Source: Alphaproteobacteria bacterium
GTDB lineage: Bacteria > Pseudomonadota > Alphaproteobacteria > JAAXGF01
Direction: 5' to 3'
NCBI GenBank assembly: GCA_963555825.3
Contig: CAUVXB020000001.1
Span: 1,728,001-1,792,000, forward strand
DNA length: 64,000 nt
A program made the translations under genes and the position numbers. Each line of letters starts with the position of its first letter. Within the stretch, counting starts at the first letter, position 1. Under the pieces are notes generated by a model. The model searched no databases and was not told the origin of the DNA. It was given only the letters and a program-made list of their open reading frames with translations. This document shows, piece after piece, positions 19,212 through 29,319 of this stretch.

Positions 19212-20177
19212 CTAGCCGGCGCAGGCGCCCCACTTCCGCCAGGTTCCCTCGTTGGTCTTGATCCAGCCCTCGACGGCGTCGTCGACCGACTTGCCGTCGA
19301 GATCGACCTCGACGATCAAGGCGCCCATCGTGTCGTTGTCGATGTGGAAGTTGCGCACCGCCTGATAGGCGCAGGCCCACTTCGCCTCGCCCGCCTTCCA
19401 GCCGACCTTCTTGATCCAGCCGAACGGCTTGCCGCAGTCGTACTGCATGTCGCCGTTGGAACCCCAACTCGGGTCGTCGTAGCAGGCGTCGGTGTATTCG
19501 GGGAACTCGACCCACTCGCCCTTGAACTTGAACGGCGCCCAATGCGGCGCGTAGACCCAGCCGAGGAACGGCGCCTCGCGCTCATAGGCCGACTGCAGTT
19601 CGGCGAACAACGCAGCGTCGGTGCCGGCGTGGACGACCTCGAAGTCGAGGCCGAGCGCCTCGGCGCGCTCGTCGTCGAAGCCGGCCCAGGTCACCGGACC
19701 GCCGAGATAGCGGCCCTTGGGGTGTGTCTCGGGCGTCGAGAACGCCTCGGCGCAGTCGTTGAGCGCCTTCCAGTCGGGCAGACCGGGGCATTTCTCTTTC
19801 ATGTAGATCGGGTACCACCACTCTTCCTTGGCATCCATGCCGGTCTCGCCGAGATCGACGGTGTTGCCGGTGGCGAGGCTTTCGTCCATGGCCTGCTTGC
19901 CGGTCGTCTCCCACATCTCCATGGCGATGTGCAGATCGCCCGACTCGAGGCCGGCGAACTGAGCGATATAGTCGGCCTGCTGGTACTTGATGTTGTAGCC
20001 GAGCTCCTCGAGCACGCGGCCCATGATATGGGTCGTGATGTACTGGCCGGTCCAGTCGTGGATTGTGAGGATGATCGGATCTTTCGATTCCGGGACGCCG
20101 GCGAGCGCCGGCGTCGAGAACGCGACGGTCAGCGCCATGGCCCCCGCCGCGGTTGCGGTCGCGAATTCCTTGAGCAT
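19212..20177 (-). CDS. Betaine/TMAO-family substrate-binding protein (ProX/TmoX-like)
   Basis: Signal peptide, HDWTGQ, EEWWYP, CPGLPDWKALN. Confidence 0.85.
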   Translation of the reverse strand: MLKEFATATAAGAMALTVAFSTPALAGVPESKDPIILTIHDWTGQYITTHIMGRVLEELGYNIKYQQADYIAQFAGLESGDLHIAMEMWETTGKQAMDESLATGNTVDLGETGMDAKEEWWYPIYMKEKCPGLPDWKALNDCAEAFSTPETHPKGRYLGGPVTWAGFDDERAEALGLDFEVVHAGTDAALFAELQSAYEREAPFLGWVYAPHWAPFKFKGEWVEFPEYTDACYDDPSWGSNGDMQYDCGKPFGWIKKVGWKAGEAKWACAYQAVRNFHIDNDTMGALIVEVDLDGKSVDDAVEGWIKTNEGTWRKWGACAG

Positions 20178-20320
20178 GAAGGGTCCTCCCAATGACCTGC
20201 TGATGCCGGAACCGAAAGGTTCACGGCCGTTTGGACGGGCCAATTTTTCGGCCCATGCCGATGCCGGTCATCAAAACCAGTTTGACCCGAAGATTCAAGC
20301 AAATTGTCATGTGTCCACAG

Positions 20321-20368
20321 AATTCCACGTAAATTTTGTGGATTATTGCTATAATTCCACGTAAATTT
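20321..20368. promoter_or_regulatory. Putative DeoR operator in the divergent promoter
   Basis: 16-bp direct repeat AATTCCACGTAAATTT at 20321 and 20353. Confidence 0.6.
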
Positions 20369-20399
20369 CCACGATCGTCATCGTTCGGGGCCCGTCATC

Positions 20400-21167
20400 A
20401 TGCTCATGCCCGACCGCCAATCAGCCATCCTGAAGGCCGTCACCGAACAGGGTAGCTGCCGGGTGGCGGCGCTCGCGGCGGCGCTCGGCGTCTCGGGCGA
20501 AACGATCCGCCGCGACGTCGCCGAGATGGCGCGCGACGGTTTGGTGCGCAAGGTTCATGGTGGCGTCGGCCTGCCCGATCCGCTGCGCGAATCGGGGTTT
20601 CGCCATCGCCTGCGCCAGAATGCCGACGCCAAGCGGCGTATCGCCCAGGCCGCCGCCCGAGAGATCCGCGACGGCGCCGCGATCATGATGGATACCGGCT
20701 CGACGACGGCTTATGTCGCCGAGGCGCTGCGCGACCACCGCGGTTTGACGGTCATGACCAACTCGGTCGACATCGCGCATGGCTTGGCGACGCGCAACGG
20801 CAACCGCGTGTTCATGGCCGGCGGCGAGCTGCGCGCCGACGACGGCGCGGCGCTGGGCCCCGGCGTCGCCGGCTTCATCGGTCAGTTCCGCGCGCATGTC
20901 GCGGTGCTCTCGGTCGGCGCCATCGACATCGAGGATGGCGCGATGGACTACCATTTCTCGGAGGCCGAGTACTCGCGCGTCGTCATCGATCGCGCCGAGC
21001 GAACCATCGTCGTCGCCGACCACACCAAGTTCGGCATTCGCGCGCTGGTCCGGGTCGCCGGCTTCGACGCGATCGACACGCTGATCACCGACGCCCCGCC
21101 GCCACTGCCGTTCGCCGACCGTCTGGCCGCGCACGATATCCGGGTGGTGGTCGCCGATCCGGCCTGA
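20400..21167 (+). CDS. DeoR/GlpR transcriptional regulator
   Basis: VSGETIRRD, HGG, DTGSTT, VADHTKFG. Confidence 0.92.
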   Translation: MLMPDRQSAILKAVTEQGSCRVAALAAALGVSGETIRRDVAEMARDGLVRKVHGGVGLPDPLRESGFRHRLRQNADAKRRIAQAAAREIRDGAAIMMDTGSTTAYVAEALRDHRGLTVMTNSVDIAHGLATRNGNRVFMAGGELRADDGAALGPGVAGFIGQFRAHVAVLSVGAIDIEDGAMDYHFSEAEYSRVVIDRAERTIVVADHTKFGIRALVRVAGFDAIDTLITDAPPPLPFADRLAAHDIRVVVADPA

Positions 21168-21258
21168 GCGCTGGCGTTTTCGGCGTGCATCTTGCGCCGA
21201 TCTGATACACTCGCGCGCCACCGCCGGAGAGCGTCGGCAAGGGGTACGGGGAGCATTC

Positions 21259-22014
21259 ATGGCGCTCTTGGAAGTTCGCGATCTAAGCCGGCACTTCGGT
21301 GGCCTGGCCGCCGTCGACGGCCTGAGCTTCGGCGTCGAGGAAGGCGAGATCCATGGCCTGATCGGCCCCAACGGCGCCGGCAAGACGACCACCTTCAACG
21401 TCATCAGCGGCTATTACCAGCCGACCGCCGGCGACGTCGTCTACCATGGCGAGACGATCGCCCGGCTCAAGACCAGCGATATCGCGGCACGCGGCCTGGT
21501 CCGCACCTTCCAGTCGACGACGCTGTTTCAGGAGTTCAGCGTGCGCGACAACGTCCTGGTCGGCTGTCACCTTCACGCCCGCGTCGGCGCGCTCGCGGCG
21601 ATCCTCGGCACCGGCCGGCGCGCCGAGGCGAGCGCCGCCGATAAAGCCGACGAAATCCTGGCGTTCATGGGGCTCGACGGGCGCGCCGACGAACTCGCGT
21701 CGGATCTGCCGCACGGCCACCAGCGCACGCTCGGCATCGCCGTCGCGCTCGCCGCCGATCCCAAGCTGTTGCTGCTCGACGAGCCGTTCACCGGCATGAA
21801 CCCCGAGGAGACACGCCGGATGATGGCGCTGGTCAAGCGCGTGCGCGACGAGCGCGGTGTCACGATCCTGCTCGTCGAGCACGACATGCAGGCGGTCATG
21901 GGGTTGTGCGAAAAGATCACCGTGCTCAGCTTCGGCCGGCTTCTGGCCGAGGGTTCGCCGGCCGAGATCCGCGCCAACGACGACGTCATCGAGGCCTATC
22001 TTGGCGCCGCCTGA
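21259..22014 (+). CDS. livG: Branched-chain amino acid ABC ATPase
   Basis: GPNGAGKTT, RTFQ, LPHGHQR, VEHDM, AYLG. Confidence 0.9.
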   Translation: MALLEVRDLSRHFGGLAAVDGLSFGVEEGEIHGLIGPNGAGKTTTFNVISGYYQPTAGDVVYHGETIARLKTSDIAARGLVRTFQSTTLFQEFSVRDNVLVGCHLHARVGALAAILGTGRRAEASAADKADEILAFMGLDGRADELASDLPHGHQRTLGIAVALAADPKLLLLDEPFTGMNPEETRRMMALVKRVRDERGVTILLVEHDMQAVMGLCEKITVLSFGRLLAEGSPAEIRANDDVIEAYLGAA

Positions 22015-22015
22015 C

Positions 22016-22723
22016 ATGCTGTTTCGCCTGGCCGACATCCACGTCCATTACAACAAGGTCGCCGCCCTCAAGGGCGTGACGATCGAGGTCGGCGCGGGCG
22101 ACATCGTGACCCTGATCGGCGCCAACGGCGCGGGCAAGTCGACGACGTTGCGCGCGATCTCGGGCCTGACGCCGCCGAGCGCCGGCGAAATCTGGTTCGA
22201 CGGCCGGCGCATCGACGGCCTGGCGACCGAGAAGATCGTCCAGCTCGGCATCGCCCATGTGCCGGAAGGCCGCCGCGTCTTCCCCGACCTGACGGTCGCC
22301 GAGAATCTGCAAACCGGCGCCTATCTCAGGCGCGATAAAATCCAGATGGCGCGCGACCTCGATGAGGTCTTCGGCCACTTCCCGATCCTCGCCGAACGGC
22401 GCGGCCAATCGGGCAAGACGCTCTCGGGCGGCGAGCAGCAGATGCTCGCCATGGGCCGCGCGCTGATGTCGGCGCCGCGGCTGCTGCTGCTCGACGAGCC
22501 GTCGCTCGGCCTGTCTCCGGTCATGGTGCAGGAGATCGCCAAGATCGTCATCGACATCAACGCCAAGGGCGTACCGGTCATTCTGGTCGAACAGAACGCC
22601 GAGCTGGCGCTCCGGCTGGCGCGCTACGGCTATGTGCTCGAGACCGGCCGCGTCGCGCTCGAGGGCCCGGCCTTCGAGCTGCACGAACACGCCCACGTCA
22701 GGAAGGCCTATCTTGGCGGCTGA
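22016..22723 (+). CDS. livF: Branched-chain amino acid ABC ATPase
   Basis: GANGAGKST, VPEGRRVF, LSGGEQQMLA, VEQNA. Confidence 0.9.
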   Translation: MLFRLADIHVHYNKVAALKGVTIEVGAGDIVTLIGANGAGKSTTLRAISGLTPPSAGEIWFDGRRIDGLATEKIVQLGIAHVPEGRRVFPDLTVAENLQTGAYLRRDKIQMARDLDEVFGHFPILAERRGQSGKTLSGGEQQMLAMGRALMSAPRLLLLDEPSLGLSPVMVQEIAKIVIDINAKGVPVILVEQNAELALRLARYGYVLETGRVALEGPAFELHEHAHVRKAYLGG

Positions 22724-22724
22724 C

Positions 22725-23345
22725 GTGCGCCCCTGGCTGCTCGCCGACGACCTGTGGGAGCGCCTCGTCGAGGCCGGTCTCGCGGCTTTCGACGCCGGTC
22801 GCCTGGACGACGCCGGCGCGCTCTGGATTTCCGCCCTGGCCGATGCCGAGCGCTTCGCCGGCGACGATCCGCGCCGCGCGACCGCGCTCAACAACATCGC
22901 CGCCGTGCGGCATTTGCGCGGCGGCGCGGCCGAGGCCGACGGCTTCTATCGCGCGGCGCTCGACGCCTGGGCCGCCGCCGAACCCTGGATCGACGCCATG
23001 GCGATCGCACCAAGGGCGCGCAGCTCGCTGTTCCACTTGCGGCTCGAGGAGAAGCACCGGGCCGACTACCGGCGCATCGCGCGCGGCGAGCTGCGCAAGC
23101 TGCTCGACGAAGGCCGCGCGACATGCCTCGCCAACCTGGCGGCGCTGTGCCGGTCCGCCGGCCACGGCGCGGACGCCGCGGTGCTCGAGGCGGAAGCCGC
23201 GGAACGCGCGCCGCGCGGCGTGAAACCGGGGCTGGCGCGATGGGCCGTGCTGGCGCCGCCCGGGCCGTGCGACGAACGCAAACTGGCGGCGGCCGCGTTA
23301 TTGCTGGCGCAGCCTGCAGGACAACCCGACGAGACTGCGCCATGA
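22725..23345 (+). CDS. TPR-like helical hypothetical protein
   Basis: DPRRATALNNIA TPR-like motif; coupled to livF. Confidence 0.6.
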   Translation: MRPWLLADDLWERLVEAGLAAFDAGRLDDAGALWISALADAERFAGDDPRRATALNNIAAVRHLRGGAAEADGFYRAALDAWAAAEPWIDAMAIAPRARSSLFHLRLEEKHRADYRRIARGELRKLLDEGRATCLANLAALCRSAGHGADAAVLEAEAAERAPRGVKPGLARWAVLAPPGPCDERKLAAAALLLAQPAGQPDETAP

Positions 23346-23425
23346 CAGAGCACCTGGCGGGTGGCAGCGAACCGGGTGATTTCTTCGGTGCGGACCGACC
23401 GAATTCGCCGATACGCGAATTCTAC

Positions 23426-23462
23426 TTGACTCGTTTTGATATTACGATTATCATAGTAATAT
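23426..23462 (+). promoter_or_regulatory. Sigma70 promoter overlapping an ArsR operator
   Basis: TTGACT-17-TATCAT; inverted repeat ATATTAC...GTAATAT. Confidence 0.65.
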
Positions 23463-23775
23463 AGAATCAACTCGAGCCATCGACGCCCTCGTGGCGCTCG
23501 GCCAGGAAACTCGGCTCGCGGCGTACCGGTTACTCGTCGAAGTCGGGCCAAGGGGCTTGCCGTCGGGAGGAATTGCGACGCGCCTGGGGATTAATCCGTC
23601 GACGATGTCTCATCACTTGGCGCAGCTGGAACGAGCCGGTTTGCTCCGGTCATCGCGCGAAGAGCGACAAATTCTGTACGCAGTGAACTGGGAGGGGACC
23701 AATCAACTCCTTGGGTTTCTGACAGAGGATTGTTGCAAGCTCCAATCGGAGGCACGCGATGCCGACTGCACGTGA
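23461..23775 (+). CDS. arsR: ArsR-family regulator (codon at the expected start is ATA)
   Basis: ESTRAIDALVALGQETRL, STMSHHLAQLERAGL, C-terminal FLTEDCC. Confidence 0.85.
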   Translation: MESTRAIDALVALGQETRLAAYRLLVEVGPRGLPSGGIATRLGINPSTMSHHLAQLERAGLLRSSREERQILYAVNWEGTNQLLGFLTEDCCKLQSEARDADCT

Positions 23776-23829
23776 CGTCGTCCGACTGCGGCGAACCGTG
23801 CAAACCACTCGAAACAAGGGAGAACCCCG

Positions 23830-24255
23830 ATGAAGCGCATTCACATTGGACTGGAAGTCAAGGACCTGGAAAGCTCTATCGACTTTTACTCGGCTCTGTT
23901 TGGCGCTCAACCGTCGCATCGAGAATCGGATTACGCCAAGTGGATGCTGGAAGACCCACGGGTCAATTTCGCCATTCAGTGCCTAGGGGATGAACCGGTC
24001 GGCAGCGTCCACTTTGACGTCCAGGTCGAGAGTAGAGACGAGTTGGCCGAGTGCTCGGACTGGCTGGAGCAAGCAGGTGAGCACGTGGCGCCGGAACCCG
24101 ACGCGGATTGTTGTTACTACAAATCCGACAAGGTCTGGTCGAGAGACCCGGATGGCTTTCGCTGGGAAACTTTTTTCACGCTCGGTCGACTCACGGAATA
24201 CGGCGAGAACCGTGGAATCCCTCTCGAGAGAACGGCTGGAAATGGGGCCTCATAA
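23830..24255 (+). CDS. VOC/glyoxalase ArsI/CadI-like protein
   Basis: RIHIGLEV, DYAKWMLEDPRVNF, CCYYKSDKVW..DPDG..WETF. Confidence 0.88.
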   Translation: MKRIHIGLEVKDLESSIDFYSALFGAQPSHRESDYAKWMLEDPRVNFAIQCLGDEPVGSVHFDVQVESRDELAECSDWLEQAGEHVAPEPDADCCYYKSDKVWSRDPDGFRWETFFTLGRLTEYGENRGIPLERTAGNGAS

Positions 24256-24701
24256 TGAGCGCGATGAAGCGTGTCCACATTTGCCTCGTCGTCAAGGACG
24301 TCGACGCCAACGTGGCGTTCTATACGAGCCTATTCGGCGAGCCGCCGACCATCTTGAAGCCGGATTACGCCAAGTGGCGGCTCGAGGATCCGAAGCTCAA
24401 CTTCAGTATCGACACCCATGCGGATACACCCGGCGTCGATCACCTTGGAATCGAGCTTGAATCCGCCGCAGAGGTGACCACTGCCCTTCGACACTACAAG
24501 CGAAGCGGCATCGATGTGCAGGGCGAGGGCCAAATTGTGTGCGGATATCACAGGTCAGACAAGGGTTGGGTCGCCGATCCACAGGCTGTCCTTTGGGAGA
24601 CGTTCTTCTCCCCCGAGGTCACGCCACACTATGGGTCCGCCAACGTAGAAGTCACGGCGGAGGTAGAAAAGCGAAAGGAAGCTGTCGGTCCTTCGAGCTG
24701 A
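24255..24701 (+). CDS. Second ArsI/CadI-like protein (paralog, VCGY in place of CCY)
   Basis: RVHICLVV, DYAKWRLEDPKLNF, SDKGWVADP..WETF. Confidence 0.85.
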   Translation: MSAMKRVHICLVVKDVDANVAFYTSLFGEPPTILKPDYAKWRLEDPKLNFSIDTHADTPGVDHLGIELESAAEVTTALRHYKRSGIDVQGEGQIVCGYHRSDKGWVADPQAVLWETFFSPEVTPHYGSANVEVTAEVEKRKEAVGPSS

Positions 24702-24725
24702 GGTCGAAATCGGAGAAGCCTTGAT

Positions 24726-25619
24726 ATGTCGGACTGTAGCCACCCCACTTTGTTTCCGAGCTTCGCCGAGAAGAGAATCAAGACGAGTCAGGCCGAGATC
24801 AACCTGGTCATCGGTGGCGACGGCCCGCCCTTGTTGCTGCTCCACGGCAACCCGCAGACACACATCATGTGGCACAAGGTTGCTCCGCGTCTCGCGCGGC
24901 ATTTTACTGTTGTCGCGACGGATTCGCGAGGTTACGGCGACAGCTCCAAGCCGCACGGGAAGACGGACCACTCGACCTATTCGAAACGGGCGCTGGCGTT
25001 GGATCAAGTCGAAGTGATGGGGGCTCTGGGCTTCGCAACCTTCAGTGTGGCTGGCCATGATCGGGGCGGGCGGGTCGCCCATCGCATGGTCCTCGATCAC
25101 CCGGACAGAGTCAGCAAGGTCGCATTCCTCGATATCGTGCCGTCCTACGATCTGTACCGGCTGACGAACAAGGAGTTCGCCATCTCTCATTGGAGCAACT
25201 TCTTCTACATGCAGCCCTATGATCTACCGGAGCGGCTGATCGCCGGCGATCCGGAGTATTTCATCCGCACCAATCTCACGGACTTCGCCGACGCTGAAGG
25301 GGTTTTTCCAGAGGCAGCCGTCGCCGAATACGTGAGATGTTTTACGCCGGCAGCGGTTCACGCGGCTTGTGAGGACTACCGGGCGAGCTTCAGCATCGAC
25401 GACGAGCACGATACGGCGGACCGGCACCTCAGAATCCGCTGTCCGACCCTCGTGTTGTGGGGGCTGAAGGGCGCCTGTGAGACGTGTTTCGACATCAGGA
25501 GTATTTGGCAGGATCGCGCTGACGACGTGGTCTACAAGGCGCTCGACACGGACCACTACCTTGCCGAGGAGGACCCTGATGGAACCTTCGAAGCGCTCCA
25601 CGGGTTCTTCGGGTCATAG
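24726..25619 (+). CDS. Haloacetate/fluoroacetate dehalogenase-like alpha/beta hydrolase
   Basis: LLLLHGNPQTHIMWH, YSKRALA.DQ, GHDRGGRV, CEDYRA. Confidence 0.88.
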   Translation: MSDCSHPTLFPSFAEKRIKTSQAEINLVIGGDGPPLLLLHGNPQTHIMWHKVAPRLARHFTVVATDSRGYGDSSKPHGKTDHSTYSKRALALDQVEVMGALGFATFSVAGHDRGGRVAHRMVLDHPDRVSKVAFLDIVPSYDLYRLTNKEFAISHWSNFFYMQPYDLPERLIAGDPEYFIRTNLTDFADAEGVFPEAAVAEYVRCFTPAAVHAACEDYRASFSIDDEHDTADRHLRIRCPTLVLWGLKGACETCFDIRSIWQDRADDVVYKALDTDHYLAEEDPDGTFEALHGFFGS

Positions 25620-25670
25620 GTGGACAGAGTTTTTTGAAGGGACCAACATGCCGCACAGGAAGACCGGAGT

Positions 25671-26109
25671 ATGCACGAAGATTTTCTGATCGAAGTCAAC
25701 GATTTTTTCGGCCGGGCCACGGCGGCGACCTATGCCGGCAGCGGTCCTCGGGTCGCGTCCGAGCGGGGTGGCTTCCAGGAGCTGGTCTTCGAGGAAGGCG
25801 ACTGGTCCTACCGAGACAGCTACACCGGCGACATCCGGTCGCGCGGCCAGGAGATCATCCGCTACCGGGGAGACCCGGTCTGGGCGCAGTCCTATGGCGG
25901 CGGCATGGAGGGCCGTTTCGCCCGGGATCGTGACCTGTCCGGCAGAAACATGGCATTTCTCAAAACAGCGCTCTCGAGCGGCGATAAACGCACCAGGTTT
26001 CAGCCGCGGGGACCGCGCGAGCTGGTCCATGGGGACTGGCGTTACGCTGCGGAGTGGGTGGGCGATATCGTCGAGTTCCGCGGTGCCGAGGAGATCCACC
26101 ATCAAGGAG
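25671..26109 (+). pseudogene. DUF5680-like protein, truncated by IS6
   Basis: ATYAG, YRDSYTG, GQEII, W.QSYGG, PRGP. Confidence 0.65.
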
Positions 26110-26915
26110 GGCATTGTCACGTTAACAGCGTGGCTTCGGCACGGCCGGTGCTTTAGCGTCTCTGGATGTGCAAGATATCCTACCGTCGTCACCGCTTTCC
26201 ACCGGTCATCATCCAGCATGCCGTCTGGCTCTATTGCCGTTTCACGCTGAGCTATCGGGACGTTGAGGACCTGCTTGCCGAGCGTGGTCTCGACATCTCG
26301 TATGAGACAGTTCGAAGATGGGTCTTGAAATTCGGTCGGGCCTATGCGCGGCGGATTCAACGTCGGCGGCCACGACCGACCGAACGCTGGCACCTGGACG
26401 AGATGGTCGTCGTAATTCGAGGGAGGCAGTTCTATCTCTGGCGTGCCGTGGACAGTGAGGGCGAAGTCCTGGATTTCCTGGTTCAATCCCGCAGGAACGC
26501 TCGGGCGGCAATTCGGCTGATGCGGAAACTCTTGAAGAAGCAGGGCTTCGCGCCGGCGACGATTGTAACCGATAAACTCCGCTCCTACGGCGCCGCGATC
26601 CGTTTGCTTGCCCTCTCGGCTCAGCATGAGCAAGGCCTGCGAAAGAACAATCGGGCAGAAAATTCACATCAGCCGGTGCGACGACGAGAGCGAAAGATGC
26701 AGCGGTTCAAATCGCCCGCGTCCGCGCAGCGGTTCCTCGCCGTCCATGCGACCGTCTACAACCTCTTCAACGTCCAACGCCATCTGGTCTCCCGCCGAAC
26801 ACTCCGCCAATTCCGCGGCGACGCGATGAGACAGTGGCGGCAAGTGACGACCGTTGCATAATCTCCGGCGTCGGCGCCCACAAGCTGGCCAAATGGCGGT
26901 TAACGTGACAACGCC
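26110..26915 (+). mobile_element. IS6-family element, copy 2 (transposase 26166-26861), inverted relative to copy 1
   Basis: Identical transposase and TIRs. Confidence 0.95.
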
Positions 26916-27564
26916 CTCGTCGTAATGGGCGTTGAACAGTGCCAGTTGCTGGCCGCCGTGGACGGCATCAGGGGTATCGTCAATGTCGAGCACGATGCGT
27001 TGGGGCACGCGCTCGAAGCTGTCGCAAAACAGATCGATCATCGTCAGCCCCATGCGCGCCAGTTCGCGCCATGATGGGGCGTTCTCGAGCCTGGACAAGG
27101 TCGGCTGCGACATCAGATCGCGACCGCTCTCGGGCAGGCGACCACAGGCCAGCTTGAACGCCGGATCGAAGCGCAGCACGTCGAGGTCGTCGCAATCCTC
27201 GTATCCGCAGGCGATGGCGAACATGCGCGCCCCGATCATGTCGGCGTATGAGTGGGTGGTGCTCGCTGGATCGCGCGCATCGGACAGGCAACCGGCTAGG
27301 CGCGCGGCAAGGCCGAGACGCTTCTCGATCTCGCGCAGCACCAGCACGCCGCCGTCCGACGACAGCCGGCCGCCGTCGAACCGGACGCACAGTTCCTTGT
27401 TCTCGACGGGTGACAGTCCGGGGAGATAGGCGGTAATCTCATCCATGGTGAGCCGGGTTTCCCTGTTGCCGTATGGTCTTGGCCAGACACCAGAATCATA
27501 CGGAATCTCAACAGTTTAATCCACGCTCACCACCTCTTTCACGCCGTGCCGTGAATAATCCGGG
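26916..27564 (-). mobile_element. IS1380-family element, 5' fragment
   Basis: FDGGRLSSDGG, GYEDCDD, SQPTLSRLEN, LDIDDT; CCCGGATTATTCAC end. Confidence 0.85.
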
Positions 27565-27955
27565 TTAGCATCGGTAAAAAATTGATCCTTCCAGTCGTTC
27601 GCGAAGACATTCTTAATCCCAACCGCTTGGGCGAGTGTTATTCCTCCTTCGTTTTTGGAGGCCATCAGACATTTTGAATAACGGACAAAACGGCTATTCA
27701 AAGTTCGGAAAAAGTCGAAGTTATGTGTCATTATCACCAACTTAAACAGGCCAACCTCGCTTATGTCTTTAAGATATTGGATAATTGCGTACTTGTTTTG
27801 GTAGTCGAAGGAGTCCGCAATATCGTCAATCACAACAAGCGTTTCCTGATGGCTTTTCATACGGGTCTCAATTTCAAAGATCACGTTCAGGACGTACAGC
27901 GCCTTACGCTCACCCATACTCAAGGATTTTAAGAGCAAGGTCTTTTCCACCTCAA

Positions 27956-29292
27956 TGAGGTGGTCCCACTTTGTTGGACAGTTTGGCAGCGCGGTTAAGG
28001 TGTATTCCGTTGTTTGATCATGCTGCCAAAATCCTTTTTATCACATCCTGTTGCTGTTGTTGAGCCTGTGGGGATGTGGGCAAGGCGCGAGCCTTGTCCA
28101 TCATATCCACAGGTTGACCGGCCCCGTAGGCCTCGGCCGGCGTTTGACCGTCGAGGGACGAATGGGGCCGCTCGGTGTTGTAGAAGCCGATCCACTCGCC
28201 GATGACCCGTTCGGCGTGGAAGCCGTCGGTGAGCTCGTGTAGGTAGACCGCCTCATACTTGAGAGACCGCCACAGGCGCTCGATGAAGATGTTGTCCATG
28301 CAGCGGCCCCGACCGTCCATGGAGATGCGGATGCTCGCGTTCTTGAGCACGCCGGTGAAGTCGAGGCTGGTGAACTGGCTGCCCTGATCCGTATTGAATA
28401 TCTCCGGCTGGCCGTAGCGGGCCAGCGCGTCGCCCAAGGCCTCGGCGCAGAATCCAGCGTCCATGGTGTTCGACAGCCGCCAGGATAAAACGTGGCGCGT
28501 CGCCCAGTCCATGATCGCTACCAGGTACAGAAAGCCACGCTGGACGGGGATATAGGTGATGTCGGCGCACCAGACCCGATTGGGCTGGTCGATAGCCATC
28601 CCTTTGAGAAGATAAGGATAAATCCGGTGCATGGGATGCGGCACGCTGGTTCTCGGCGCCTGATAGATCGCCTCCAGGCCTATCAATCGCATCAACCTGC
28701 GAACCCGGTGACGGCCGACGCAAACGCCGTCCCGCCGCAACTGGCGGACCATCTGGCGGCTGCCGTAGAACGGGTACTTCATGAACAACTCGTCGATCCG
28801 ACGCATCAGCGCCAGACTCGAAGGGCTCTCCCCCCTGGGCGCATAATAGAACGAGGACCGGCCGATCGAAAGCAGGCGGCATTGACGGCTCAAGCTCAGC
28901 TCGGGGGCGTCGCGTGTGATCATCGCCTTGCGCTCCCCCCGGCTCATCGCTTGAGCCCTCTGGCTAAAAAATCCCGTTCCACCGTCAGCTCGCCGATCTT
29001 GGCGTGAAGGTCGCGGACCTCGGATTCATGATCCCGGCAAGCGCGGTTGGCGCCGTTCGAAAACACTTCGCCCAGACCGTCCACCGCCTGGCGCTTCCAG
29101 GCGCTCACCTGGTTCGGATGCACCTTGTGCTTGGCCGCGATCTGCTGGATCGTCTTGCCGCCCCGCAGCGCTTCCAGCGCCACCCGGGCCTTGAATTCCG
29201 CCGTAAACCGGCGTCGATTCGTCATCTCGTATTCCTCCGTTATCCGGTGGAATACACCTTAGCTCCCTATCCGATTTTCTGGGACCACCTCA
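27956..29292 (-). mobile_element. IS3-family element, copy 1 (orfA 28944-29225, orfB 28018-28947)
   Basis: TGAGGTGGTCCC TIRs, 3-bp TSD CAA, WCADITY/FNTDQGSQF DDE. Confidence 0.95.
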
Positions 29293-29319
29293 CAATCGTA
29301 TCCGCGCCGTCTACATAAG

